Origin: Octopus sinensis
Lineage: Eukaryota
Length of the DNA: 64,000 nt
Reading direction: 5' to 3'
NCBI RefSeq assembly: GCF_006345805.1
Contig: NC_043005.1
Span: forward strand, 81,158,001 to 81,222,000
Shown: positions 1-12,315 of the stretch, one piece after another
Layout: each line of letters starts with the position of its first letter
Numbering within the stretch: position 1 is the stretch's first letter
Translations under genes and position numbers: made by a program
The notes under the pieces: model-generated
What the model saw: the letters and a program-made list of their open reading frames with translations, nothing else
Database searches by the model: none
What the model was told of the DNA's origin: nothing

Positions 1-189
1 GTATGTATGCATGTATGCATGTATGCATGTATGCATGCATACATGCATGCATGCATGCATGCATGCATGCATGCATATATGTATGCGTGTGTGTGTATGT
101 ATGCATGCATATATGGATGAACAGAATAATGTATGAATCTATATTTACCTATCAGTCACTCTCTGCTTCTCTCACTCTGTCATTATATA

Positions 190-249
<60 letters not shown>

Positions 250-300
250 TAGATAGATACATATATATTTATATATATATATAGGCATGTATGTATGTAT
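1..300. repeat. Compound microsatellite (TGCA/TGTA)n, (TA)n, (GA)n
   Basis: Read directly. Similar TA, CA, GA, CATA and GATA tracts recur throughout and explain most low-complexity ORFs. Confidence 0.95.
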
Positions 301-1341
301 ATAAATATATGTGCACGTAGATATGAGAGAGGGCGAGAACGAGAGAGAGAGAGAGAAATAAGCAAGTAATGGGGATAAAGTGTGACATACTCATTCATCT
401 ATGTGTGTATATATATATTTATATATATTTATGTATGAGTGTATAAATATTTATGTATATATATATGTGTGTGTGTATGTATGTGTGTATATGTATGTGT
501 GGTTTAAAACGGTGTGTAGGAGGACAAAATAGATATGTATATAATGGGCTAGTCATTTCTATTATATCACCATGCTTAATCAAGTGTAATAGAGAGGATT
601 GTTATTCAGGGAACGTTTTATTCATAAAACTAAAACTTTCAGTAAAAATACAAATGAAAATCGAGACAGAAAGGAATCGAAGAAGCCATCAAAACACATT
701 TCCATCAATTTTCTTGATACCTCTCGAGACACAAGGACTTGGAGAGAAGCCCACGCTGTCAGAGAATTATATACCGTAAACATTGACACACTCATATACA
801 TAAGCTCGACATCCTGTCTGTGTCACAATTCTCTCTCTCTTCATAAATATATATATATATATATATATGCGTCTGTGTGTGTGTGGCTGTGTGTGTGCGT
901 TCGTGCGTTTGTTTACGTACATACATTCATTCAAAGATACGGTTGTACATACAATGATTTCAACAAACATTTTACATTACTGACTCAAGTGAACTTATGC
1001 TAATAGGGCAGTATTAAACTACTTCGCTGTCGATGAATCTATAGATTACAATCAATGAACCATTTAGTTATCGGTTATTTCCAATCCATTACGGATATTG
1101 TGATAAAAGATAATTTATTTTCAGAACTATATTGCAATGAATTTTAAATACAAATCAGGTACTTTATTGTAGTTTTGATTAATTTGGTGCTGTCATCAAT
1201 TATCTTTCTTAAAATAATTACTATTAATGAAAAGAACCGTGTCTGTTAGTCTCTTGCTTTGAAATGTTGAAATGTGACACTACTGTATATATATATATTA
1301 TATATAATAATAATATATATATATATATAATATATATATAT

Positions 1342-1391
<50 letters not shown>

Positions 1392-1504
1392 TTTGATCTA
1401 TATATACAATATGTGTGTATGTATGCATATACACACATGGCACATACATCCATACATACATACATATATACATATATACATACATACATATATATAATAT
1501 ATAT

Positions 1505-1541
<37 letters not shown>

Positions 1542-1916
1542 TGGCACTCCGTCGGTTACGACGACAAGGTTCCAGTTGATCCGATCAACGGCACAGCCTG
1601 CTCGTGAAATTAACGTGCAAGTGGCTGAACAGTCCACAGACACGTATACCCTTAACGTAGTTCTCGGGTAGATTCAGCGTGGCACTGTGACAAGACAGGC
1701 CTTTTGAAATATACGTACAGCAGAAACAAGAAAAAACGGAGAGAAAGTTGTTGTGAAAGAGTACAGTATGGTTCACCACCACCCCCTCCCGGAGCCTTGT
1801 GAACCATTAGATGTTTCCGCTCAATAAACACTCACAACGCCCAGTCTCAGAATTTAAACCGCGATCTTACGACCGCGAGTCCGCTGCCCTTAGCACTAGA
1901 CTATTGCGCCTTCTAC
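1542..1916 (-). mobile_element. tRNA-derived SINE, family A (Arg-like head; resembles octopus OR-type SINEs)
   Basis: Minus strand begins with a tRNA-like head with A/B-box-like motifs and ends in ...gtcgtaaccgacggagtgcca. Homologous to 28045-28424 and 34597-34922. Confidence 0.85.
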
Positions 1917-2614
1917 ATGATCTCTTATATGTAAGTATATATATAAATTTTGTACGACTCTATTATTCTTTCTATACTTTCATTCTTTCCTTCTTTCTAT
2001 CAGCCCCATCACACTCTTCGCTCATTCCATTCTTCGTTCTTTTGTCCCCCCTCTCTCATATTTTCTGGTCTTCTCTTCATGCTCACCTTCCCTTCTCTTT
2101 CACTTGACTCTGTCCCTTTCATTTTTTCTCGCCCCTCTTTATTTCTTCTATCCCTTTGCCTCTAACTCTCTCTCTTCTCTCCCCACGTGACCGGTGTTTA
2201 GCCAAGACTGACCTTTCTTTCTTCTACCATCCGTGCAACATTTGTATTCCTCCCTGTTCCTGTCAAAGCTTATTTCGCTGCCGTAATGCTTTACTTCGCA
2301 CACTAGCTTAATTTGATTCGTCCTTATTTGAAAGACACCCGTTGTTAATGTCCAGTGATTTGTATTTGTGTACCGTTTCTCCGTTTTATTCCATCCTTGT
2401 TTTCGTATACATTCGCTGCTTTCTTCCAAGGAATCTAGTGCTCTTTTTTTGTGGGGGGGAGGCTGGTCAGATTGGAGCAATCTCGAGTATAACCAGCCGA
2501 AATTATATATATATATGCTTCTTTGCTGGCTTGGTTGGTAAAAGGCTTTGTTAGTCACTTTGTTAAATGGTGGTTTGGGTTTCAATTCCTTCTCACTCTA
2601 AAAATTATTTTAAA

Positions 2615-2656
2615 CGGTGGTACATCAGCATGGCCGCAGCTCTGAGCTGAAACAAG

Positions 2657-2657
<1 letters not shown>
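2615..2657 (+). mobile_element. 5'-truncated 3' tail of a CR1/L2-group LINE or partner SINE
   Basis: ggtggtacatcagcatggccgcagctctgagctgaaacaag matches the LINE 3' end at 19841-19880 and SINE B tails; followed by (TA)n. Confidence 0.7.
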
Positions 2658-2737
<80 letters not shown>

Positions 2738-2742
<5 letters not shown>

Positions 2743-3337
2743 AAAGATAAATGCGATACAATAAAATTAATTATAATCGCCGGTGTACCAGTACACGCCA
2801 TATATTATACATATATCATTACATTCAAGGCGAAGAGTGTACTAGATACACAATAGCTGGATAAATTTAGTGAGATGAGAATTAAAAACATTTACAAACT
2901 TAACTTTTCTTATACTGCAGTTTCGCCAAATTCAGTAATAAAAATAGTATTTATTTACTCAGGCTGGCTCTTCAGTAAGATTCCTGTTAATGATGGAAAG
3001 ACCATACCAATAGATCCATGTGCGTCTATCGAAATGCTCTTTCTAAACTATTCAAAACACTGCGCAGACTCCGAACAAACCCGACAAAATAGGGGATTGT
3101 GGTTATATCGTCTAACGGTCAGAAATTTATCGAGAGAATATGTAAACAAAGATAAATGCGATACAATAAAATTAATTATAATCGCCGGTGTACCAGTACA
3201 CGCCATATATTATACATATATCATTACATTCAAGGCGAAGAGTGTACTAGATACACAATAGCTGGATAAATTTAGTGAGATGAGAATTAAAAACATTTAC
3301 AAACTTAACTTTTCTTATACTGCAGTTTCGCCAAATT
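2738..3337 (-). mobile_element. Penelope pLTR or retrozyme-like element: 405-nt unit in partial tandem
   Basis: 2738-2932 is identical to 3143-3337 (195 bp, offset 405). (TA)n on both outer sides. Contains a hammerhead motif. Confidence 0.7.
2908..2980 (-). ncRNA. Type I hammerhead ribozyme motif, canonical core
   Basis: Minus strand: UCUUA CUGAAGA GCCA-(36 nt)-UGGC GAAAC UGCA GUA UAAGA. 5-bp stem I, G10.1-C11.1 pair, palindromic stem III ACUGCAGU. Confidence 0.85.
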
Positions 3338-3382
3338 ATATATATATATAATTAAAATAAGGAACAAGGATATCCAGAGGTA

Positions 3383-3470
3383 ATGCAGTACGATCGTTTC
3401 ACGCAAATACATTTAATTCAACAATGCAATCGTTATATCAATTTAAATGCAGAGAAATATTCAGCTGCAC
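3383..3470 (-). ncRNA. Type I hammerhead motif (G8U in this copy) in a Penelope-like pLTR with inverted partial copy
   Basis: Minus strand: GUGCAG CUGAAUA ...long stem II... GAAAC GAUC GUA CUGCAU. The inverted partial copy near 3520-3540 reads gtgcagctgaaga. Confidence 0.7.
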
Positions 3471-5224
3471 AAAGATACTAATGTGTTCATCTGCTTTAAT
3501 TTAATTAAGTTCTGTGTTTTTGTGCAGCTGAAGATTGCTCTTTAGTAGCAAGTTATTAGCATGTTTAGTCATGGAGGGATATAGAATAGGCGATTATTTG
3601 AGGACAAGCATATCAGAAACACTACAATCTTTATCTTTTTTTATTACTTTTCTTAGAAGTCGACGAACTGGCATAACCATTGAAAAATATTAATTCGATC
3701 CATTCAAGTGAACTTACTCTTTCATCTTTTCCGTATCAATGAAATAAAGTGTCAAGCAAGCAAAGGGATCGAAGACAGCTCTCACCTCAAAATCGGTGAA
3801 CTTTTGCCGCAATTAAAGTCTAATATTCAATTTATAATAATGTTATATCTCAACACCGTATGAATATATATAGCAACATATAGCCGGACAATATTATCCG
3901 TATGGCGAAGCAAGCTTCGCAAGATGAGTTGGACGTAAAATGGCCTATTGCACAATTCAGTTGACAAAAGCAGCTAGAATCATAAATTACTAGACCAGTT
4001 CTTTGAAATCCGAATTAATTATGATCACGATTTCTTTTAACAAAATGATTTCCAAACTTACAGTGACACACGCAGAAAACCGTTCTGTAGTCAGGTGAAA
4101 ACATAACAATAACAACTGCATCTCGGCTTAATGAATCCGAACTGTTTCAACTAATAATGGTATGTATTGCATAATATAGGTATAATACTATTTTTCTGAA
4201 TGAAAATTGTTACAGCGAAAATGCATTTACTTTTAGATATGTTTTATTGAGAGCTTAGATATATTCGCTTATTTTCTCTCCGTTTAATGTAACCCAATGT
4301 TATTCGAACTAAAGCAAAAGAAATACATTTTTATCGCTGTGTATTATGTAGCTCTGTTCGCCATCTACAGCCTGTGTTCATCGTTTTACGAATTTCAATA
4401 ACTCTTTACCTGGTTTTAGACTTATGACGATGAAGTTCCAAATAGGAAACAAGAAGCAAAACAAAAAAAAAAAAATAAAGAAAAGAAAAACGCACCAAAT
4501 CATCGGACAACCCATTATCATGTCTGAAAGCTAGGAAAGTCTGCTCAACTTTTTAATTGTTTATTTGTACGTAAAACTGGACCTGGTGATGTGTACATTT
4601 ATTTTTATCAGAGACAATATACAAATATAAACTGAAATATTCACGGCATGTAATCCTGAAATATTTTACAGAATTTTGCTATATATAATTCTCATGGGGT
4701 CATAAATTTCGTAATATAGAATATGCAATGTAGATTGTATTGCACAAATATTTTCCCCTTTATTGCTATGGGCTCTTTTAATTTAAAATTGTTTATTTTG
4801 TGTTGCTGTACTGTTTAATTCAATTTCGTAAATGTACTGGTTGCATAATATATGATTTCATTTACGAGTACGTCTTAAAGGGAATATTGTGATTATGAAT
4901 AGAAAACCACATTTTTTTTTCATATTGAAATGCTTTCTACAAGAACAGAAGTATATAGAAAAGTCTTGTTACGCAACAATCATGCTGAAGGTTTTTATGG
5001 AATCAATTGATTTTAGTAAGTCATCGACCTATCTTTCCTCACGCTTTCTGTTTCCCATGATTAGGAAAGGCAATACGCGATTTGTCAAAATGCTAGGTAG
5101 ACTCACAACAGATCCGAGAATGTAAATTATTAACAAACATACATAAATTTATCTCTAGCATATTTGGGGTAAATTCAAGTGACCCAACAGCTTTATGAAA
5201 CAAGGCAATACTTTATTGTCATAT

Positions 5225-5560
5225 AGTGTGGCGGATTTACTACGAAGGGAGACGTCTGAACCGGACGTGAGAGAACAAAGGGAATGACGGAACCGGAAGC
5301 AATGAGAAGTGACGTCACGCTAAGAAGAGGGACACTTGAACAGCCTCTTTCATCGCCAGAACGTCATGGGTAAGAGACGTGTGGACAGGATCTCAGAGGG
5401 AGAATAGTTTATATATATAATTACGGCCAACGTGTTCTACTGGTCCTTCTGAACCGAAATGGAATACTCTGTTCTGATTTCTTCCTGAGTAAGAACGTTC
5501 TTACTTTTACATTCCTGTCCACATACTCGTTATATATTTCAACTCTAATTAGAAATAGAG
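5225..5560. mobile_element. Possible solo-LTR-like fragment
   Basis: CpG-richer segment starting tgtggcgg, unlike the AT-rich flanks. No second copy, PBS or PPT seen. Confidence 0.2.
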
Positions 5561-5734
5561 CGAAATACATTCTAAAGGAAGGGAAATTGTTCAAAATATG
5601 AGTATATTTCAAAATTTCCGTTACCAATTATCTTTAAAAGTTCAATATGAGCTGTTAATGTAATTTGAATATGAGCCTTCATTCGTAATGTAACATGTGC
5701 ATATGTGTCATTATGTATGTATATATTCACAATG

Positions 5735-5790
<56 letters not shown>

Positions 5791-5879
5791 TATCTTATTG
5801 TTATATTTCGGAATGGTCATTTTGCCAGTTTAGCCAATAAAAAATCTTGCACAACAAATATTTAAACGTATATATATAT

Positions 5880-6060
5880 CCACACACACATAAAGTACAG
5901 GCCATCACCAATGAGCGAACAATACGTAAACACACAATGAAATACAAGTATGGGACAAAATACCAAAGGACGTCTAACTCCTCCTCACCTGTCTATTCTT
6001 TATTACTACCTGTTTCGTACTTTTAACTACAACACAAGTAAACTTCATAAGACAGCAGCA
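5880..6060 (-). mobile_element. Penelope-like pLTR relic with the 3' half of a hammerhead
   Basis: Minus strand ...gtacGAAACAGGUAgtaat; the CUGANGA half is degenerate. Ends at a CA/TA tract. Confidence 0.4.
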
Positions 6061-6374
6061 TCCAAAAATGTTAAAAATGTAAAATTTGTGGAATTAGGGC
6101 TTCGAGAGAACAAAGTACACCAGAGTGAACGTACGGCAACACTTGATAAAAACAGACGATTAGGGTTATTAGGCCAAGACGAATTGTAATGTGTAACACC
6201 TGGGTGAAATTTGGAAAGGATATAGAATAAAAAGAAGAGAAAAGATATCGGGATGTGGGGGAAATTACGTCCGGTTAGCCGGAAGTCCCGTGCAGAAAAG
6301 ACAGAGAGACGAGTTTATAGCCAAGACGGTAGCTATGGAGCCATTGTAGATTTCTGTTATAGCGGATATATAAT

Positions 6375-6850
6375 TGTAAAAGAGGACAACAAACGTTAAG
6401 ACAAGACAAGCATCTCAAGTCATATACGTTATTATTAATGGAAAAATTCAAAGTCTTACAATTGCTTCTGTGATATCCCAGAGTATGAGATGTTCCGTCA
6501 TTGACTTTTGGAACGTTCGCGTCTATTTCAGGATATTTACACTATTAGGACGTTAACCTTCATGAATTTTTGCAAGATTGCACCTAAGAACTTACAGAAT
6601 TACTTCTACATGGTCGGATATTTGAACTGTGAACTTTTATGCTTCTTTATTCTTCTTAACCTTATTCCTTTTCTCCTGTCCTCTGTGTCGTCTTCTCATT
6701 AATCTATACCCTTGTCATTTTTCCTGTTTGCCTCCGATGACGGAATATCACAGATATAGCTGTAAGACTTTGAATTTTTCCAATAATAATAGCGTATGTC
6801 ACTTGAGATGGTTAAATTGCCTTAACGTTTGTTGTCCTCTTTACATTATA
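6375..6850. repeat. Diverged inverted repeat, arms about 6375-6500 and 6737-6850 (inverted pLTR-like)
   Basis: aagaggacaacaaacgttaag...ggaaaaattcaaagtcttaca on the left is the reverse complement of tgtaagactttgaatttttcc...cttaacgtttgttgtcctctt on the right. Confidence 0.8.
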
Positions 6851-6872
6851 TGAATATAGCCCTCTTCTCTTT

Positions 6873-6908
<36 letters not shown>

Positions 6909-7451
6909 GCTCATACGAGACCATCGTCCATATTTCTTTTCCTCACGTGATCATCTTTCTTTTCTTTCAGTGCTGTCGTAGAGACTGCACGTATCCTATT
7001 GGTCTCACTCTTCGATCTTTTCTTTAGTCAAAGATATTCGTTCTCCAGCGTTCGCTACTTTAACTCGTCTGGTCTAACGACTTTCCACGTTTGTTTTCGT
7101 TCGCTTTCCTAGATTGTCCCTACTGCCCTGTTATTGTTACCAACTTTAACTCTACGCAAATCCCAAATTTTATTTTTGCTTTTGCGGGAGTAACTATTTT
7201 CGCAGTCTCATATTGTCGTTCAATGCTCGAAATGAGAAGTAGATGGAGAACCGACAACCGATGAAAAGTCGTTCTATATGTTACTTGTCCTGTTTTCCAT
7301 TTTTTTCTCCCTTAGTTTGCGTACTCAACTGATTTATTTTCGTATTTCATGTTGTTTACTATTTGTGTCGTCCTTTACCCATATATGCGATTACATATGC
7401 ATATATGTATGTGTGTACATATATCAATGTATGCCTATATATATATGTAGG

Positions 7452-7495
<44 letters not shown>

Positions 7496-7497
<2 letters not shown>

Positions 7498-7871
7498 CGT
7501 AAGAGTGGTTGTGTAGTAAGTAGCTTGCTTACCAATCACATGGTTACGGGTTCAGTCCCACAACGTGGCACCTTGGGCAAGTGTCTTCTATTATAGCCTC
7601 GGGCCGACCAAAGCCTTGTGAGTGGATTTGGCAGACGGAAGCCCGTCGTATATATGTTTACATATATATATGTATGTGTGTGTTTATGTATGTTTGTGTG
7701 TCTGTGTTTGTCCCAACAACATCGCTTGACAACCAATGCTGGGGTGTTTACGTAAACAAAAAACGATAGACTAAGTACTAAGCTTACAAAGAATAAGTGC
7801 TGAAGTCGATTTGCTCGACTAAAGGCGGTGCTCCAGGATGGCCGCTGTCAAATGACTGAAACGAGTAAAAG
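7496..7871 (+). mobile_element. SINE family B (tRNA-like head, internal TA/TG microsatellite, LINE-like tail)
   Basis: ggcgtaagagtggttgtgtagtaagtagc... head; tail ggcggtgctccaggatggccgctgtcaaatgactgaaac. More than 10 copies in the window. Confidence 0.9.
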
Positions 7872-7896
7872 ATATCTATATATATATATATATATC

Positions 7897-7927
<31 letters not shown>

Positions 7928-7983
7928 TATATATATATTATATATATATATATATATACATACATATGTTTGTGCGCGTGTTT

Positions 7984-8284
7984 GGGAAGGTGTGGCCTAG
8001 ACATTAGAATGTTGCACTCATGATCGCTAGTTCGTGGGTTTGATTCCCAGACCCGCTAGATCGTTCTATCATTTAGCGAAACACTTCATCTGACGTTGCT
8101 TCAGTCCACTCAGTTGTAAATTTCTAACCCTATTATGGACTAATCTTCCAATCTGAAGGAATGCTGTCCTACTGGCCTAGCCAGCGGAGTGGCATCATTT
8201 AATACACAAAAAGATGCAAACGAACATTGTGACCAGCGATGTCTAACGACATCCGATAGTCTGGTCGATTCTGGATCACATGAT
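7984..8284 (+). mobile_element. SINE family D
   Basis: tRNA-like head ggaaggtgtggcctag...gggtttgattccc; tail cattgtgaccagcgatgtc...atagtctggtcg shared with 15476-15699, 15940-16062 and 59331-59448. Confidence 0.7.
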
Positions 8285-8300
8285 ATATATATGTATGTGC

Positions 8301-8509
8301 ATATGTGACCTCGTGAGTACCGCTGCCGATTTTTTCCTCTGTCTTCCCTTCTCGGGATCTTTCCTTCTCCTATGTTTCCGACGAAGAGCTCCGCTCGAAA
8401 CGTTAAACCCTCCTTCTTCCCTTCTTTCATGAGCGCCCAATAATACTTTATTTGTTCCACGTCCTCGCGTTGTTGTGTTTTTTTGTTTTTTGTGTTTTCT
8501 TGTCTGGAT

Positions 8510-8513
<4 letters not shown>
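8301..8513 (+). mobile_element. Penelope-like pLTR family E with variant hammerhead (8374-8408)
   Basis: GUUU CCGACGA A GAGC UCC GCUC GAAAC GUU AAAC. Second copy at 55553-55765. Ends aactatatata. Confidence 0.65.
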
Positions 8514-8541
<28 letters not shown>

Positions 8542-8660
8542 GATATATATATATATATACGTATATATGTATATATACATATATATATATATGTATATAT
8601 ATATATACACACATCGATACATACATACATACATACATACATACATACATGTATACATAC

Positions 8661-9328
8661 ATGATGGCTGCCCCCTCGTTATCGTGTAAGGCCATTGCAC
8701 GAAGCTCAACTGTTATTGCTGCTGTGATCGAATGCGACTTTTATTTGCTTTTTCAGGCTACAGCCAGCCATTCAGTTGAGGCTCACAGCACTATCAACAA
8801 TCATGAACAATGTTGTTATCGTGCAATTCCTGTGCAAGAATATTTTTTTTTAAGTGAGGAAAGCCTGTGCACTGAATCAATCCTACTCACTAAGCAGCAG
8901 CAGCCATAATCCGAAAAGAAGAACAAGTCGACATCATTGGTAACCACTGAGCCGCGGGTTTTATGTCGGAGTTATCCCAGTTACCTGAGTTACCTTCTCC
9001 TAGAAGTATGCCCTAACAAAGGCTAGAAGTCCTTCACTTCCAATGGTTTAACCGCCCGATCGGGTATTCAGTCCGATTATTTCTATGTCCCCGCGCACGA
9101 TACAGCCGTAAGAAAAAGAAAAAAAAATACACATATATTGGATGGCCGTTGACTGTCAAGAGTTCCTCCGCCCTTTGACGGGTTTTGTTTTTCATCCCGC
9201 AGGGTGTCCAATAAACACTCTCCTCACCAAGCAAGCTTGGTGGTGTTGCCGGTTTAGTCGCCGACGGCCTGACCATGCAACAGGCTGTACTGGGTTACAT
9301 GTCAGCAGTAGCACTCGAAAGGGACCTG
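8661..9328 (-). mobile_element. Non-autonomous non-coding retroelement, probably RTE-derived, flanked by (CATA)n
   Basis: Homologous to 38592-39142. Minus strand has gggcatacttctaggagaaggtaactc, resembling the RTE 5'UTR motif ctaggagaagg. Both ends abut (CATA)n. Confidence 0.65.
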
Positions 9329-9414
9329 ATACATACCTACATGCATACATACATATATACATATATACATACATACATACATACATACATACATACACAT
9401 ACATACATACATAC

Positions 9415-9560
9415 AGCTGTTTATTTTCTTGTGTCCTTTCTATTGAGGAGCGTAGGCTCGAAACCTAAAAGTCTTTCGTACCTTCTCGAGCGTTAAACTA
9501 ATACATCTGTTTGTTGTTTATACACGTGTCTTCGTTTATCTTTTGTAAATCTTAACTAAA
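9415..9560 (+). mobile_element. Penelope-like pLTR family F with degenerate hammerhead (9436-9471)
   Basis: cttt ctattga g gagc gtag gctc gaaac cta aaag. Copies at 39185-39300 (-) and 50716-50900 (-). Confidence 0.6.
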
Positions 9561-11824
9561 TATACATACATATAATTCATTACACCTCTTTCTTACCTAA
9601 CTTTTTAATAGAAGAATGAAAACATTACTCCATTACAAAAGACCGTAATCGTCAGATGAGTAGTAATTATACACACACACATACACATATATATACATAT
9701 AGGTTGATTAATAGGTACGTGTATGTACTTACAATTTGCTTGTGTGCATATAAATATATATATAGATGTAAGCTATGTATAACCTATGTGTATATATGTA
9801 TGAATATGCATACGTGTATATATGTATAAAGTGTGTGAGTGTGTTTGTGTGTGTGTTTGGTGGTCTTTAGTTGATATTTCTTAACTCTATGTAGTGTGTT
9901 CTATTTTGAAGGAAGATCATCTGTAATGTTATAACAATTCTTTGTAGTTTGTATTTGACAAATGGAAAATGTCTCATACAATATTGAATATCTCTTGCAC
10001 CCGACATCATATGTCAATACGAATTAAAGTATTTACTTTTTCAATTTAAAGATTTAACTCTTGTAAATCACTCAGAAAATTTCTTGGAAGTTGTTTCAGG
10101 AATTTTCGCCGAACGTAGACACAGAAAGATTTTTAGCGAATCCTACTAAAGACAGAACGAACTTGCAAATTTGATTAGAGTGAAGCAAGCACTTAACGTA
10201 TAGTTTGACAGGTAAAAACATGACGACTGCCGGAAATGCCAGTCGGAGGTCAATTAGCTTTTAAGAATAAATAGCTACCTATTTCCTCTCTTTCTTCCGC
10301 TTCTTTATCTTCGTTTATCTAGTTATTTATTTTCATTCTTCAATTTATCACACAACTAAGATATTTAATTTGCCATTGAGGGGCATCTTCCTTTGAAAAT
10401 ACAACTTGACGTTTATTGATTATATGTCTTTGCTCTGACCAATACAGGACATGTTGTTAGTTGTTGGCCAACGTCCACAATTTATGAACTGGTGTTTCAA
10501 AGTAAATCTTAGTGAACGAGGTACTGAGGAAAAAGAGATTTGCTAAGAAATAATTTCAAGATGTATTACTTAATCATTGCCGTCGTTTACAGTCGTCAGT
10601 TGATTGAATCATTAGCAAGGGTTGCCAGAATCATTAGTAAATTTGATGAAAAGCCTTAAGGTAAGAATTTTCCGTTATTCTAAAATTGATCTTAATCATT
10701 ACCGTGTTTCAAAGTTGAATAAAAGTTACACGTAGGAGTCATTTTTGCCACAGAAACAGACAGAAACCCTATTAAATAAGATGCATATTTGTCGTAAGGT
10801 GAGACCCTCTATGGCAATATGGCTTTAACCATCGGTTGAAATCTTTTCAGTTCAGTTCTTGGGAAATCATTCGGTACAGTCATTTTTTTTTTTTGCAAAA
10901 TACACGCATGCACTATATTTTCGTTCTTCACTTCATCTTTATTGTTGTCCTTTGCCTGAAATCTTTTGTCACACATCCAGTGATATATTTTGCGACTTTC
11001 CACCCCACACCGCGTCTCCCCTGCATTGTTTAATCCATTCTAACTTTTTATGGTGACAATGAATGCACGGTGACATTTCCATTTACTGTCATTTAAAACT
11101 GATGCCACACTTAAATGGTAATCCAATATTTATGCATTTTTATGATTGCATCAAAGCACTTCAATAACATATGTCTCCTGCAAGGAATGGTTAGATAATA
11201 AGGTGTCACGTTTCGGACATACAGATGCGGCGATTCGATATTAGCTCTGTAGTTATATCCATGAAAAAAAAATACTGTTATCCTGTCTTAAAAGTAATCA
11301 GTGTTATTTGAAACTCTATTTTTCTGAGTGTGAGTGAGGTACAAGGCAGTATCACAGGAACGCAATATTTTGCAAATTTTAATAACGTCTTAAAATATAT
11401 GGCGTAATAAATAATGTATATTTGTTGTACATAAGACCGTAATATCCATAGCATGAATCCGTTTCACCATCACTTTACTCAATTACAGCTGAGCTTCAGA
11501 CTAAAATAGATTCATACCCCGTATTACCGAGAGACAGACGCCGCATGAAAGGGAATTTTAAAGAGGGATTAACTTAATGAATAGCACCATTAAATTAGAG
11601 TCAATCAAAATGACAATCAACTCGAGGACAAAGCTTAATTATCTTAATGACTAATTATCGCGAAGGAAGGAAGGAATATGTTGTTGCTATGAAAATTAAA
11701 TACGCCAAAATGAAATGAATTTCAGTTAACAAAGTTAAACACTTCACAACAACATTATAAAATCGTGATGCATTTTAAAATGCAAGGATGACAGGCAAAT
11801 TCGTGAAGCGTTTCGTATTTTGAT

Positions 11825-11923
11825 GGCGCACGCGTAGTTGTGTGGTAAGAATCTTGCTCCGGGTGCACTCCTACTGCGTGACACCTTTTGCCCCGGACTG
11901 AAAAAAGCCTTATCAATGTATGC

Positions 11924-11973
<50 letters not shown>

Positions 11974-12205
11974 ATGAGTGTGTGTCTTTATGTTTGTGTT
12001 ACTCCCTCCACCGTTTGACAAATAGTATTGGTGTGCTGACCTGCCTGTAAGTGAGCGGTTCGGCAAAGAGAGCATGATTAAATAAGAACCAGGTTTGAAA
12101 ACAGTAAATCCTAGGGTCGATTTCTTCGACTAAAAACCTTCAAGACGGTACCCCAACATGGCTGCAGTCGATTGACTGATACAAGTAAAAGATAAAAGAA
12201 AAAGA
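11825..12205 (+). mobile_element. SINE family B, diverged
   Basis: Degenerate head, internal (TA)n, tail ...ccccaacatggctgcagtcgattgactgatacaagtaaaaga. Confidence 0.75.
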
Positions 12206-12315
12206 AAAACAGATTCCTTAACTCCTATGACCAGCAATGCAAGGGTTTAATTTTGTAATTTTACACATGTCATAAATCGAATGACTGATGGTGACAGATA
12301 CGATGAAGTTGTTAA

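Noticed and set aside
2875-3261. 128-aa ORF across the 405-nt repeat unit
   Set aside because: It lies antisense to the hammerhead, has no recognisable motif, and its C-terminus is just the duplicated segment.
4059-4082. tacagtg...cagaaaacc resembling a RAG/Transib recombination signal
   Set aside because: The heptamer is imperfect, the spacer is 7 nt rather than 12 or 23, and there is no partner end.
7496-7570. tRNA-like sequences at SINE heads (also 28350-28424 and 59141-59215)
   Set aside because: They do not form complete cloverleafs and continue into SINE bodies; these are SINE heads, not tRNA genes.
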